Shown: positions 1 to 12,060 of the stretch, one piece after another
Position numbering within the stretch: position 1 is the stretch's first letter
Layout: each line of letters begins with the position of its first letter
Assembly (NCBI RefSeq): GCF_009914755.1
Contig: NC_060944.1
Strand: one strand, 5' to 3'
Length of the DNA stretch: 64,000 nt
Source: the human T2T-CHM13v2.0 reference genome, Homo sapiens
Translations under genes and position numbers: made by a program
The notes under the pieces: generated by a model
Databases searched by the model: none
What the model was told of the DNA's origin: nothing
What the model saw: only the letters and a program-made list of their open reading frames with translations

Positions 1-440
1 AGTCTAGGGGTCAGAGCCTAGGGTGGAGCTGGGGAGGGCAGCTGAGCAGGATGGCTGCCCAGAGCTGCCTGCACACACCCATGTGTGACGCACGCTCACA
101 CACACACAGTCACAAACCCCCACACATGCGCACAGTTCACCCGCACACCTGAACACACACGCGCATGTGTGCTCACTTGCCCACACGCTCACACGCACGC
201 ACACACAGCCACTCGCGCGCACTAACTCCCGGCTGCGGGGTGTGGGCCAGCCCTGGACTGTGGACTTCCAGGTGGAGCTTGCAGAAGCTCCAGGTGACCT
301 GCGCCCTTTGTGTGTCTGACTCCCTCAGGTCACTGGAACACAAACCCCACACAGAAGACCACGGCCCAGCATGGAGCCCCTGGGGTCCACCCCCTCCACT
401 TCCGCACACCTGGAAGCACTGCCCCACCTGCCCCTCCAAC

Positions 441-812
441 CACCTGGCCTCCCGCCCCCCCCCTCACCTGGCCTCCCGCCCCCTCCTCACCTGGCCTCCC
501 GCCCCCTCCTCACCTGGCCTCCCGCCCCCCCCTCACCTGGCCTCCCACCCCGTCCTCACCTGGCCTCCCGCACCCCCCTCACCTGGCCTCCCGCCCCCCC
601 CTCATCTGGCCTCCCGCCCCCTCCTCACCTGGCCTCCCGCCCCCTCCTCTCCTGGCCTCCCGCCCCCTCCTCTCCTGGTCTCCCGCCCCCCCCACCTGGC
701 CTCCCGCCCCCCCTCACCTGGCCTCCAGCCCCCCCCACCTAGCCTCCCGCTCCCCCCTCCACCTGGCCTCCCACCCCCTCCTCACCTGGCCTCCTCCCCA
801 CTTCTCACCTGG
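441..812. repeat. Minisatellite, ~22-bp unit CACCTGGCCTCCCGCCCCCCCT, ~17 copies (PTK6 intron 1)
   Basis: Direct inspection. Confidence 0.92.
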
Positions 813-1681
813 GCGAGTTCTCAGGACTCAGGGTCTTTGCACCTGGGAGCTGACCAGCCTCCGGCCAGACCCCACCCCTGCACCCCTGCTCACTAACGAG
901 GTCGTGGGTCTGCGCGTGACCCTGCTAACGAGGTCGTGGGTCTGCACGTAATAGAGGGGTCTCCACCATGGGCCCCTGCCCGACGGCCTCTTTACAGCCT
1001 CCCCTGCTTGTTGCTTGGGTCCCCCGGGAGCTAACCCTACACAGCCTGTGACTCACGCACACACACAGTGGGTGCCCAATCACTGATGAGAAACGCGGGA
1101 TCTCAGGAGCGTGACCCTCCTCAGCCTGAGCTCCGGGCAGCTGTGGAAGCCAGGGCCAGGCCACACCAGCTGCTGTCTGGTTCCCCGCAGGGCACAGCAG
1201 GCAGGAAGTTTGCCCGGCAGCCGGCCCGCTCCCCTAACTAGGTCGTGTGTCTGGTTCCGGCACTTTGGAAACTGGGCAAGCTTCAAGCTTCGTTTCCCCC
1301 AAAGGCCCTGGAACGCTCCGACAGACCTTGTCACTGGCCACCGGGCCCCAGAAGTCCACCCTGGACCCTCTGTCCTCCCTGGGTCCCGGCAATGCAGCGT
1401 CCACCCCCGAGCTGTGACAAGGATGAGCCCAAGGCAGGGGCCGTGCCCTCTGACCCCCGTGCTCCAACTCCCGCAGGGACAGTCCTGGGCACTCCTGGGC
1501 GCCAGCGCATGGGGCCTGCAGGGAGGATCAAGCGGGATGCCCAGCCTGGACTTTGGGGTGCAGGAAGATGGAACCGGGGTCCCCACCTTCTTGGGCCTCC
1601 CTGAGCAGCCCAGAGCCCTGTCCCTCCCCTGTGCCTAGAGGGTGGCCTGTGCCAAAGCTCCCAGCAGCCTAGGACACGCAC

Positions 1682-1911
1682 GGTTCCGACTCCACCGTCT
1701 CCCTCTCGGCCAGGTAGTTGTGGGGCACATAGCCCTGGGCCACGGCCCCACCCGCCTCGTCCAGCAGCGTGGCCCACCACCACTGCTCCTCCTTCCTGGC
1801 CACGTGGAAGACGTCCCCCGCGCGGAAGCTCAGCTCCTCGTCCGTCCGGGACTTGAAGTCCCAGAGGCCCACATACTTGGGGCCCAGGTGAGCCTGGTCC
1901 CGGGACACCAT
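1682..1911 (-). CDS. PTK6: PTK6 (BRK) tyrosine kinase, coding exon 1 (SH3 domain); the rest of the gene lies left of the window
   Basis: ATG at 1911 in gccATGG context; MVSRDQAHLGPKYVGLWDFKSRTDEELSFRAGD...WWWA...GYVPHNYL is the PTK6 SH3; phase-2 donor CC|GTGCGT. Confidence 0.97.
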
Positions 1912-2573
1912 GGCGGGCGGGCGCAGCGGCAGGACCAGGCTGTGGCCCAGCTGGAGCACCCAGAGCTGGGCGTGGCAGGCGGGCCGTCCCACTTCCTCAT
2001 GACAGGCCGGGAAGCAGCCACACCCAGCACCCACAGGCGCTCCAGAGCACCCCGGCTCCTCCTGAGGGCCCAGCCGGCCCCACAAGTCCTCAGGCCCACT
2101 GGGGCCCATCTGAGCACTTAGCGCCCGCACTATGGGAACCCACTGGGCAAGCACCGCCAGGGCCGGCCTGAGCGCAGGAGAGGGGGAGGAGGACCTCCCG
2201 GTTGGGGCTTCTTGGGGGTCCAACTTATGGACACTCAGGCACTCAGGGAAGCCAACGGCCCTCTGGGAACAAGCCTCGCAGCCTGAGGGCAGGAAGGTGA
2301 GGGCTGCAGGCGCTGCCTTCCCAACCCTCAGAGCTGCGGGGGCACAGGTGGGGGCCGCCTCTCTCCCCGCTTCCGGCAGCTTCCCCTCCACCCGTCGGTG
2401 CCCTCACCCAGCCCCAGACTCCACCCCTGAGCACAGGGCCCAATGTCAGGAGCTGCTGTGGGCAGGCGTCCTGAGAGCGGCCTCATGGGCAGGCCCGCCC
2501 TCGGGTAAGGGCCAAGCAGGGAAGAGGGAGTGGAATCAGGGCAGCGACAGCTGTGTGGGTCGGCCCGGAGGAC

Positions 2574-2613
2574 TTCCCGGAAGAGGAGGGCCCGAGGGTT
2601 TTGGGGGATCCCC
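2574..2613. promoter_or_regulatory. PTK6 upstream GAS/STAT site (TTCCCGGAA, 2574-2582) and palindromic NF-kB site (GGGGATCCCC, 2604-2613)
   Basis: Exact consensus matches ~0.7 kb upstream of the PTK6 ATG; occupancy cannot be shown from sequence. Confidence 0.5.
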
Positions 2614-3099
2614 GGGGAGGCAGAGCCAGGGGCACCCACGGCTGAAGAAACGGGCACTGCCTTCCTCCACACGGACGCCAGGGGGCAGGCAAGGACCGTG
2701 AGTGCGGCCTGGAAGCGCCCATGGCGCTGGGGCCCAAGGCCACAGGTCCCTCCCAGGCAGCCCCTCCCGCCTCCAGCCTCTGCCTCCTCCTGTCCAGCCC
2801 GCAGGACCCCTGCCCCCTTCCAGCTGGCCTCCCTTCTCCCGACTCATGCCTGAGTGAGCCCTGCCGTGACCCCCACCTGCACCCGACGGCCGCCTGCCCC
2901 CCAGCCCCTGAGACTCGGGACACCCCCTCCCTGGAGGCCCCTCCCCGCCCCACCCTCCCACTGACCCTACTGTGTCCACCCGGGAGCTCCAACCCAGGGA
3001 CCTGGACTGGCAGCCACAAGGGGGCAGGAAGGGGCGGGAAGGGAAATTCAAAGTCTGCAAGGGGTGGTAAGGAAAGTCCCTAAACTGCGTATTTCAACT

Positions 3100-3111
3100 T
3101 TTATTTTTATT
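3100..3111 (-). terminator. Tandem AATAAA poly(A) signals, probable SRMS 3' end
   Basis: tttatt twice in a row on the plus strand, inside an AT-rich patch ~2.3 kb downstream of the SRMS stop. Confidence 0.75.
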
Positions 3112-5077
3112 GCAAAGAGAAATAATGGCACCTTCCACTCATTGTTTTGAGATTAAGAACAATAATCTGGATTATTTAACAGGCTCATAGATTTCTGGGC
3201 AGCCCAGCTCAGCGCTGACCAAGGTGGGGAGGGGCAGCGGGGTGCCGGCCTGGGCAGTGTCCCTCAGGCCCTCCCAGCTCTGTCTGGGGTCGGTTGGGGA
3301 GGATGCAGGGGGAGGGGTGGGGGGTGGGGAATGCGGAAGGAGGGTGCCGGGGCACCTGGCCGGGCAGCGTCCCTCAGAGCCCGGCCAGACTCTGGGCCCG
3401 TGAGTCTATGTCCAGGAAGCCTCGAGTATCCCTGAGTTCGGACGTGCAGGACTTTCAGTCTAAGCCACACCAGGAGGCAGGAACGTCCCCAGCCCCTCCC
3501 AGATACCCAGGAGCACCAAACCTGTTCAGCTGGTGGCTGGCGAGATGCCTAGGAGGGCACAGGTGCCACAGACACACCTGGTCCCCTTAATCCCAGTGGC
3601 GGCTGCAGAGAGCACAGAGGGCGAGGCCTTCTGTGCCAGAGGAGCCCCCAGGCTGCTGTGCTGGGGACCTGCCAGAACTGGAAGCTCAGCTCAAGGCCTC
3701 AGTGGGCCCAGGTACCAGAACCAGCCCCTCCCCTAGGTTCTCCCATGCAGATGGAGCTGGGCAGGTGGCCAGGGTCCCAAAGGCTCAGATAAAGCCTCTT
3801 GCCTCCACCATCTGCAGGGGTCCTGGTTCCTGCTGCTTCCCTCCGCTTGGCCTTGTTCCTCCGATGCACGGGCCCCAGGAAGCCCCCGCGCTGCCTCCGT
3901 TCTCGGAGCCTCCGAGTGGCCTCTTCCTTCCCCGGGGCCACCTGTCTCTGCACACGGGAGTCTCATCTCTTAGCTCCCTCCTGAGCCAGGCTTTGGCCGG
4001 GGCCTGTGGACGGCAGCCATCAGCACTTCGGCTCAGCAGGTACAGAGCTGACCCCAACTCTAGGGGACAAGGACTCAGTCAGGCCTGAACTTGTCTCCAA
4101 ACTTTCTGTCCCCGAAAGCCTTCTGGGCACAGCTGCCAACCTGGGCTCCCAGGAGGGTGGGGGGCAGGGTCTCCGGGGGCCACAAACAGACCCCACCGGC
4201 CCCCTTGCTTCTTGACGTGTTTCACGAAGACCTGAGCAGAAGCTTCCCTGAGCCAGACGTGGGGAGACGAGGGCGGACCCTGCACATCCCTGCCCCCTCC
4301 TGCCTTGGTGACCCCCGAGGACTCACACCCAGAGGCTTCCTGAGCCACTTGCTGCCCAGCATACCATGGCATCTACCTCCGAGCCCCCAACCGACCCTGC
4401 CTGACCCTGCACAGGCAGAAGACTCCAAATCCCCCACGGCCCACCCTGAGGCCCCTGGAAATAGCCTCCAAGGGCAGCTCCCAGGTCACCAAGCCTCCCG
4501 GCCCACCCTTCCTGTGCCACCTGGAACCCACCCAGGGAGATGGAATCGGCAGCTCCTGCCAATGCCCTTGGGGCTCACGCTCTCTGGGCACCATGATGTC
4601 CTGGGCTGGGGGTCCGGGCGGCATGGGGGCCGCTCCAACCTGCATTTTCTAGCCACGTGGACCCGTACGCTCCAGCTCCTGGGTCTGGGTTTGGGGGGCT
4701 GAGCCTGTGTGTGATGTGCGCCTGTGTGCGTGTCTGAGTGGGTCAGTCCCGGCTTACTGAGTGCTGTGTGCGTGAGTGGGTTTGTGCACAGGCCGCCAGT
4801 GTGTCTGTGAGGGGCAGGTGACGGTGCCACCCCGTGCCTACATACCACACATCCAGTGGGGTCAACACCACGGTCTGCCTGGGAGTCAGCACTGGTCATT
4901 TCCACAAACCCAAGCTGGGACTAGGGAGAGAACTGGGCCTTTGGCTCTTCACCCTGGGAGGGAGTCCAGGGGACCCAGGCAGGAGACACACAGGGCTCAG
5001 GGTTCCTCACCCAGAGCCTCCGAGGCTTCTACCCACCCTCCTGTGCCGTTGTCTCTCTTGAGAGGCCAGGGACACGT

Positions 5078-5260
5078 GTCACACTGCACGGGGAACGTCA
5101 GCCCCAGCCCTCCGTCTGCACGAGTCACACTGCACGGGGAACGTCAGCCCCAGCCCTTCGTCTGCACGAGTCACACTGCATGGGGGACGTCAGCCCCAGC
5201 CCTCCGTCTGCACGAGTCACACTGCACGGGGGACGTCAGCCCCAGCCCTCCGTCTGCACG
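5078..5260. repeat. 46-bp tandem repeat x4 in the SRMS 3' UTR
   Basis: gtcacactgca starts at 5078, 5124, 5170, 5216. Confidence 0.93.
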
Positions 5261-5414
5261 TCTGCCTGGTGCACGAACATGTGTGCACGCCAGGGCCTGA
5301 GGCCCACAGCCAGAGGCTCCTCGGTCCGGCAGACCGGCATCCCTTCGAGTTGGCGCTCTGCAGGGAGGAGGGGCTGGCCTGGCTGGAGCCCAGAGCGTTG
5401 GGTCACGTGAGGAC

Positions 5415-5596
5415 TCAGGGGTGGCATCTGTGGATGGCGTGCAGCTTCTCCCGCAGCGTGGCGAAGGAGGGCCGTTCCTCGGGGCTGCTCCTCCAGCACT
5501 CCAGCATGAGCACGTAGACCTCCGCCGGGCAGGCAGCCGGGCGCGGCAGCCGGTACCCTCGCATGATCTGCTGCAGCGTCTCGTGGTTGGTCATCC
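5415..5596 (-). CDS. SRMS: SRMS exon 8 (C-terminus and stop)
   Basis: [20 protein letters not shown]...[23 protein letters not shown]; the eight exons sum to 1467 nt = 488 aa. Confidence 0.96.
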
Positions 5597-5787
5597 CTGG
5601 GAGGCGCGGGGCAAGAGCTGCCTCGATTCTGCCTGGGGGTCCCTATGGAGGAGGCCTCCTGTAGCCCCCCATGTCATCTGCCTGCCCTTGGCCAGACCCT
5701 CCAACCCCTTGCCGACAGCGTCCAGGCCCGGGGCCAGTGACTCCTGGGCAGAGCCTGCATCCTCCCTCTGGCTGCCTGGGGACCCAC

Positions 5788-5944
5788 CTTCATAGGGACA
5801 CTGGCCATAGGTGAAAACCTCGTGCAGCAGGACGCCGAAGGACCAGACGTCTGACTTCTGGGAGAAGACACGATAATTGGCCGCCTCAGGCGCTGTCCAC
5901 TTGACCGGGATCTTGGAGCTGCTGCTCGGGGAGTAGATGTCGTC
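5788..5944 (-). CDS. SRMS: SRMS exon 7 (activation loop, APE)
   Basis: [24 protein letters not shown]...SDVWSFG; 157 nt. Confidence 0.96.
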
Positions 5945-6035
5945 CTGGGGGCGAGGGAAGGCCCCTGGTAGGGCAGGTGGACCGGGGTCCCCTCACCCAC
6001 CCCCTCTGGGTCAGGGGCCCAGAGCCTCCGCTGAC

Positions 6036-6217
6036 CTTGAGCAGCCGGGCCAGGCCGAAGTCAGCCACCTTGCAGGCCAGGCCGTCGTCCACGAGCACGT
6101 TCCGGGCGGCCAAGTCCCGGTGCACAACGCGCTGCTCCTCCAGGTAGCTCATGCCCTCAGCCACCTGGCAGGCAAAGCCCAGGAGTGGCGGCAGACGCAG
6201 GGCCCGGCCCTCGGGGG
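6036..6217 (-). CDS. SRMS: SRMS exon 6 (catalytic loop, DFG)
   Basis: [11 protein letters not shown]...[12 protein letters not shown]; 182 nt. Confidence 0.97.
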
Positions 6218-6759
6218 CTGCAGGAGACAGCGCGGGGTCTTTTAGGGCACGGGGCCAACGGCCGGTGAGGCCGGCGTCCACCCACGTCACCTTCCCCCAT
6301 GCCTCAGCCTCCTCATCTCTAAGACGTGGCGAGGATGGCATGGCCGGCTAAGGCCACGGGAAGCCCCAAGTGAGACAGGGCGAGGGTCCTGTACTCACCA
6401 CAGTGACCCGGCAGCCGGCCCAGGCCCCCGACAAAGACCAGGGCAGAGAAGAGCCAGAGGCTGGGCTGGGTCTATGTCACATTAGACCAAGGCTGGTGAC
6501 CCAGATGGGACCGCGCCCCCCACCGCCCCCGAACACCAGCTCCAGCCCCGGAGCCACAAGGCTCTGGCCTGGCCCAGACCTGACGCCAGCCCCCTGTTGG
6601 CTGGAGACCAGACAGGGATGGGATCTGCAGCCGGGGCCACCTGCTCCCGGTAGAGAGGCCCGGTTCACCTCGGAAACCCCGCAGGTTCAGCTCTGCGCCA
6701 GGAGGGAAGGGGCGGTCGCAGGCGCGTCAGGGCCACGTGGCAGCAGGGAGGGGACTCAC

Positions 6760-6918
6760 TGCCCAGGAAGGCCTGCAGGTTCCCCTTGCGCATGAGTTCC
6801 GTGACGATGTACACAGGCTCCCCGCCCGAGCACACTGCGTGCAGCCGGATGAGCCGCTCGTGCCGCAGGCCCTTCAGTGTCTGGATCTCCTTGGCGAGGT
6901 CAGTGAGCTTCATGTTGG
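6760..6918 (-). CDS. SRMS: SRMS exon 5 (kinase)
   Basis: [22 protein letters not shown]...YIVTELM; 159 nt. Confidence 0.97.
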
Positions 6919-7036
6919 CTGCGAGAGAGGGTGTGGCTCCAGGACCGGCCCACGCCACGAACATCACTGCCCTGGGGCTTGAGGGTTGGACAGCAGGTGC
7001 GGGGCCCGGCCGTGGCGCAGGATCTCGGGGCCTCAC

Positions 7037-7178
7037 CTGACTTGATGACCTTGATCGCCACGGGCAGGGAGCCCAGCCACAGGCCTTCCCACACCTCCCC
7101 AAAGTAGCCTTCACCCAGCTTCCTCCCAAGGGCGAATTCGGAGTGTGGCCGCTCCCACACGTCCTGCCTCGGGGCCTT
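7037..7178 (-). CDS. SRMS: SRMS exon 4 (kinase Gly-loop, VAIK)
   Basis: [10 protein letters not shown]...VAIKVIKS; 142 nt. Confidence 0.97.
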
Positions 7179-7910
7179 CTGCAGGGAGGGTGGGCAGGGA
7201 GGCTGGTCAGCGTGGGCCCCTGTGCTCTGTCCCAGGCACAGCCCCCCACACCAGGCCTCTGGCGGGCACCCCTGTCCCCAGCACACACTCACCCCACCCT
7301 GGCTGGGACAAAGGGGAGTGGGTGCCAGGCTTGGAGGCCCGGCCCAGCCCCGTGGGAGCTCATTGCTCTGGGGGCCTAAGTGGCACCTTTGCCCCAGCCG
7401 GATATCCGTCTACACATGCTCATTACTGCCCCTGGCCGCGCTGTCATTATGAGACCAGAGAAACCAGACTGCTGCCCTGGCCCTCGGCAGGGTGGCTCAC
7501 ATCGGGGACAGTCCCCGGGATCCAGTGTCTCCAGCCCAGGTGCAGCATCTTGTGATCTGCCTCTCCTCCCACACCTTCCGCCCTTGGGGCCTGGGGCAGC
7601 CTTGAGTGCCTTCCCCAAACTGGCCCCACCCTCCTGGCTGCTCCCCTGCAGAGCTGGGCACTGCTACAGGTCTCCTTTCCCCACTCCCAGCCCCCTAGGA
7701 CCCCAGGAATCCCAACAACCCTCAGAGGCACCCGCAGAGAGCAGAATGTGCTGGAACCGCTGGGATGCTCCGATGCTCCCAGGCCTGGGCAGGGCCCTGG
7801 AGCTGCGCCTCTGACAGCCCCAGGGGTTTTGTGACGGGGTGGGGAGGAGCACCTAGAACAGGGCCATGCCTCGGGCCCAGCATGGGGCAGCTTGGCAGGC
7901 ACAGGCCCAC

Positions 7911-8077
7911 CTGGGGCATGCAGGGCTGCAGCAGGGGGTTCTGGATCAGCTTCCAGTTGGCCTTGTAGTAGGTGAGCAGCTCCTCCAGGCCGGGAAAGAG
8001 CCGTCCCTTCTGCAGGTAGAGGCTGCCATCAGCTGCCATGGAGACCCGGTAGTGGCAGACCTTGGCCTGGGCCCGGA
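7911..8077 (-). CDS. SRMS: SRMS exon 3 (SH2)
   Basis: VRAQAKVCHYRVSM...LEELLTYY...LLQPCMPQ; 167 nt. Confidence 0.96.
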
Positions 8078-8329
8078 CTAGGAAGGGTTCAGAGATGGAG
8101 ACCCCTGCCTTGGCTGCCAGCTGCCCCGACCCTCCCACCCCAGAGGATGCTGGCCACAACCCACTAAGGGGTCTGGCTCAGACCTAGCTGGGGACCCTGA
8201 GATGGTCAGAGCTGTGTGGAGGAGGGAGTGTGGGCAGCCACAGGCTGGGGCGGGGCAGCGAGAGCGGCCCAGGTTGGAGCTTTTCTGCTGACGGTGTGCA
8301 CAGAGTAGGCACTTAATAAATACTTGTAG

Positions 8330-8670
8330 AATGAATGAGTCCATGAGTCAGTGAATGAATGAAGGAATAAGGAAGGAAAGAAGGAAAAGTGAATGAATGA
8401 ATGAACGAATAAGCAAATGAGTGAAAGAATAAGCTAGTGAACAAATCAGTGAATAAATGAGTGAATTAGTGAGTGACGAATGAACGAGTGAATGAGTGGA
8501 TGAATGGATGAATGAATGAGTGAATTAGTGAGTGAGGAATGAACGAGTGAATGAGATGAATGGATGAATGAATGAATGAGTGAATTAGTGAGGAATGAAT
8601 GAACAAGTGAATGAGTGACTGAATGAATGAGTGGGTGAATGACTGAATGAATGAATAAATGGGTGAGTTA
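8330..8670. repeat. Degenerate (TGAA)n simple repeat
   Basis: Direct inspection. Confidence 0.9.
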
Positions 8671-8823
8671 GCAAGTGCAGGAGGTGACCAGCATATCTGC
8701 TGTTGGGCCCTCAGTGGCGCCGGGTGTGAATCAGGAGCCAGCACTGCCTAGAGACCAACCACCCCAAGGTCAAGGGCCACTGACCTGGTGGGGGACAGAG
8801 GCAGGAGGGGCCGCCCCAGGTAC

Positions 8824-8945
8824 CTGACAGTGAGTAGCCCCCGAGGCTGCTCTCGCTGGGCCGGATGAGGAAGGCCCCTGGTTCGTTGGGTGGGGAGAGG
8901 AGCAGCTGCTGTGCCTGGGTCCGACTGACCCCGCTAAAGTACCAG
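8824..8945 (-). CDS. SRMS: SRMS exon 2 (SH2)
   Basis: WYFSGVSRTQAQQLL...FLIRPSES; ttgcag acceptor and GT donor; 122 nt, phase consistent. Confidence 0.96.
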
Positions 8946-11063
8946 CTGCAAACAGCAGGTGCGGCAGTCACCTTGCAGGCCCCTCAGCCAGTGGCCCCAC
9001 ATGCTCTCCTCCGTGTTGCCGGCAGGGCTGAGCCCGGCTGTCCCACCGCCTCAGGGAGAAGGTCCACCCCGTGGACTTTGAGTCCCAGCTCAAGGTCTGC
9101 ACTGCCTCAGCCCCCAGTGCCGGCCTCATCCTCCTGCTCAGCCCTGAGCATCCTCACGTTGGCCGTGGGCTCTCCGTTAGCCCTGCTGGGCGTGACCTCC
9201 AGTTCCCTGTTCATAGTGACCGCCAGCCCCAGCCACAGGATAACAGTCAGCCCTGGCCATGGGCCATAGGCCTCCAAACTCGGCTTCGCTGAGCCCCTGC
9301 ACAGACATGGAGCTGACGGCCTGGTGAGCTGCCCGGAAGCACTGCTGGGCTGTCGTGGCTGTACAGGGCCATGGGCGTCACCTGGCTGGGCACGGCCCAC
9401 CTGCCTCAGGCAGTTGGTTAGTGGAGGGGGCCCATGCAAGCTGTGTCCTGAGGAGGCAGCCTAAGCCAGGCTGTGCAGGAGGTCAGGAGGGGCAGCCAGT
9501 GGGCGGCTGCAGGGGGGTTGCTGTGCGAACGTTCGAAGCATCCTGCATCCCATGCTGGAGAGTTGTGCCCAGTACAGGACGGCCCTAAGCCCACTGGCGT
9601 CTGTTCACACAGACACCCCCTCGGAAAAGCCAGGTGCAGGTGAGACCTCTCTGAACACGGTGGCAGGGTGGCAGGGAGCTCCCAGGTGCCCACTCCTCAG
9701 ATGCCCACACACGAGGAGCCCACACCGGGTGTCGGGAGAGGGGCCGGCTGGGTCTCCCCTGTCCAGGTGGGCCGCCCACCAGGTCACATCTACTCATTCC
9801 TGGGAGCCGGAGGCATCCTTGGAAGGAAGACAGAAATGCTCCCAGCCCCACCCCGTCTGCATAACTCTGCTGCTGAAGTCCAAGGCGGGGACTCCACACC
9901 TGACTCAGCTTCCCACCCTGGAGCCTCCCACTTCCTGGAGCTTCCTGGGACCCGGAGAGGGATGCCTGCCACTCCCCTGCCCCAGGGCACACCCCGTAAG
10001 CACCAGGAGGAAGAAGCAGAGTGAGCCGGTGTCAGGGTGGGGCTGAAACCACCTGGGAAGCGGGACTAGGAGAGGACCCGAGGTGGGCCTCAGAGTCAAC
10101 ACAAGATTCGGGGCTGGGGCACGGCCATGCCATCCTGGCAGACTGGGACTGGGCAAGACGGAGGACACAGTCTGGCACCCCTGCCCCGGTGACCTAGGGG
10201 GCAATGGGGGCAGCAGGAATAGAAACTGACATGACCAGGGCCGTGGGGCTGGGCTTAAGTTGAAGGGAATGAAGATGGAGACAGGAAGAGGTGTGGGACC
10301 AGGGACAGAGAGGCAGCGGCCTGAGGCACTGACTCCATGGACGCTCTGTCCATGGAGCTCCTCCTGCAGCCAGGGCCCCTGCCTTCTGGGGTCTGCTGGC
10401 AGGGAGACGCAACCCTCTCACGTGTAAAGGGACTCAGGTCCCTCCCAGCACCGTGGGGTGTGGGGATGAGACACAGGTGTTTCCCCAAAACATCGCCAGC
10501 CTCCTCTGAAGCCCACATCAGGGCTTGGGGGTCAGAGGTGAGCCCCTGTGGGATCCTGAGATGCAGAGGATGTGTCTGAGGTCTCTCCCTGGGGCGTGGG
10601 GCCAGGTGTCTGGAGCTAATGACACCTGAGTGTGGTTAGTCTTTTAATCTCCAGCCTAGGCAAATAGTCATTAGCTTTGCCTATGGACCGCCCTGCTCCA
10701 CCACGAGCCCTGCCCTCCAGGAACTGCTGAAGGGGTCTGTCCTCCACACCTGGGGTGACTGTGAGCCCCTTCCCATCACAAAGGCTGCTTGCCCCCCAAC
10801 CACTGCTCAGGACAAGCGGGGCAGGTGTGGGGTGAGGGCCTGGGGCCCCTCAGAAGGCCCCTTCCTGTGACTCCGGCTTCACCCGCCCATGCAACCCCCA
10901 GGACGATGTGTGAGTGCCAAAGGGCCCCCAGGAGGCTGGAAGTGGCCCTGAGCAAGGCTGACCCCGAAGGTCTCCAGGGCTCAGGCCTTGCCCAGCTGGA
11001 TGCCAGACCAAGGCAGCCGCTCAGAGCAGCCGCACTGGGCATCTGGACTAGGCGCCTCTGCAA

Positions 11064-11335
11064 CCCCTGCTCACCTGCCCTCACCCAGAGCTCCTGGAGC
11101 GTGGGCCCCTGTCTCAGCCCCCAGTCCCAGCCCCTGCTCACCTGCCTTCACCCAGAGCTCCTGGAGCGTGGGCCCGTCTCAGCCCCCAGCCCCTGCTCAC
11201 CTGCCCTCACCCAGAGTTCCTGGAGCATGGGCCCCTGTCTCAGCCCCCAGCCCCCAGCCCCTGCTCACCTGCCGTCACCCAGAGCTCCTGGAGCTCCTGT
11301 CATCTGGTGCCTCCCAGCCCCCAGCCCCTGCCCTC
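11064..11335. repeat. Imperfect ~60-70-bp tandem repeat x4 (SRMS intron 1)
   Basis: ccctgctcacctgccctcacccagagctcctggagc recurs four times. Confidence 0.88.
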
Positions 11336-11704
11336 CAAGCAGTGACCGATCCATGAACACTGGACTCCCTGTGTGAGGGCGGGAGGGCCTGGCCAGCCAG
11401 GCAGGGTCCTGGAGGAACCGCCTGCTGGGTGTCCAGCTGGTGCAGCTGATGCTCCCCCCCACAGGACCTGACCACGCCTGCCGGAGCCTCCTCTCCCTCT
11501 CGGCAGCCCACAGCGGACACTGCTGTTTTCCTACCACACCTGCCGGCCCGGGGCCCATCAGCTGTCCCTGAATGAATGCGTGGATGAACGAATGAATGAA
11601 CAGATAGCCACGGACATGCGATTTCCAACTCAAAATCCTGCCGTTGTTCTGGACTCCCCAGCTGGGGGCGAGGCAGGCTCTGACTCCGAGGCCGAGGTAC
11701 TCAC

Positions 11705-12060
11705 GGTTGGTCTGAGAGCGTCTCAGGAGAAGCCTTGGCCACGTGGGTGATGGGCACGAGCCCGGCGCTGGGCTGGCCCGAAAGCCTGCGTGCGAAGATG
11801 TAGCCGCCCCCCTCTTCGAGGGCACAGAGCCTGTCCCCGCGGCGGACACTCAGCTCCCCGCCACACCGCGCCGTGAAGTCATAGAGCGCAAGGAAGAGCT
11901 GAGGGAAGGGGCTGCAAGGCTCGGCGGGGAGCGTGGGCACTGGGTCAGTGTTGGGGTCCAGGGACCCGGGGGTGCCATGGTCCGGCTCGCCGCCCGCCGG
12001 CCAGATCTTGTCCCAGAAGAAGGACAGGAAGGCCAGCCGCCTCCTGAGGAACGGCTCCAT
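11705..12060 (-). CDS. SRMS: SRMS exon 1 (unique N-terminus + SH3)
   Basis: MEPFLRRRLAFLSFFWDKIWP...FLALYDFTARCGGELS...GLVPITHV; donor CC|GTGAGT; 356 nt. Confidence 0.97.

Noticed and set aside
165-951. Proline-rich ORFs
   Set aside because: Translation of the C-rich minisatellite.
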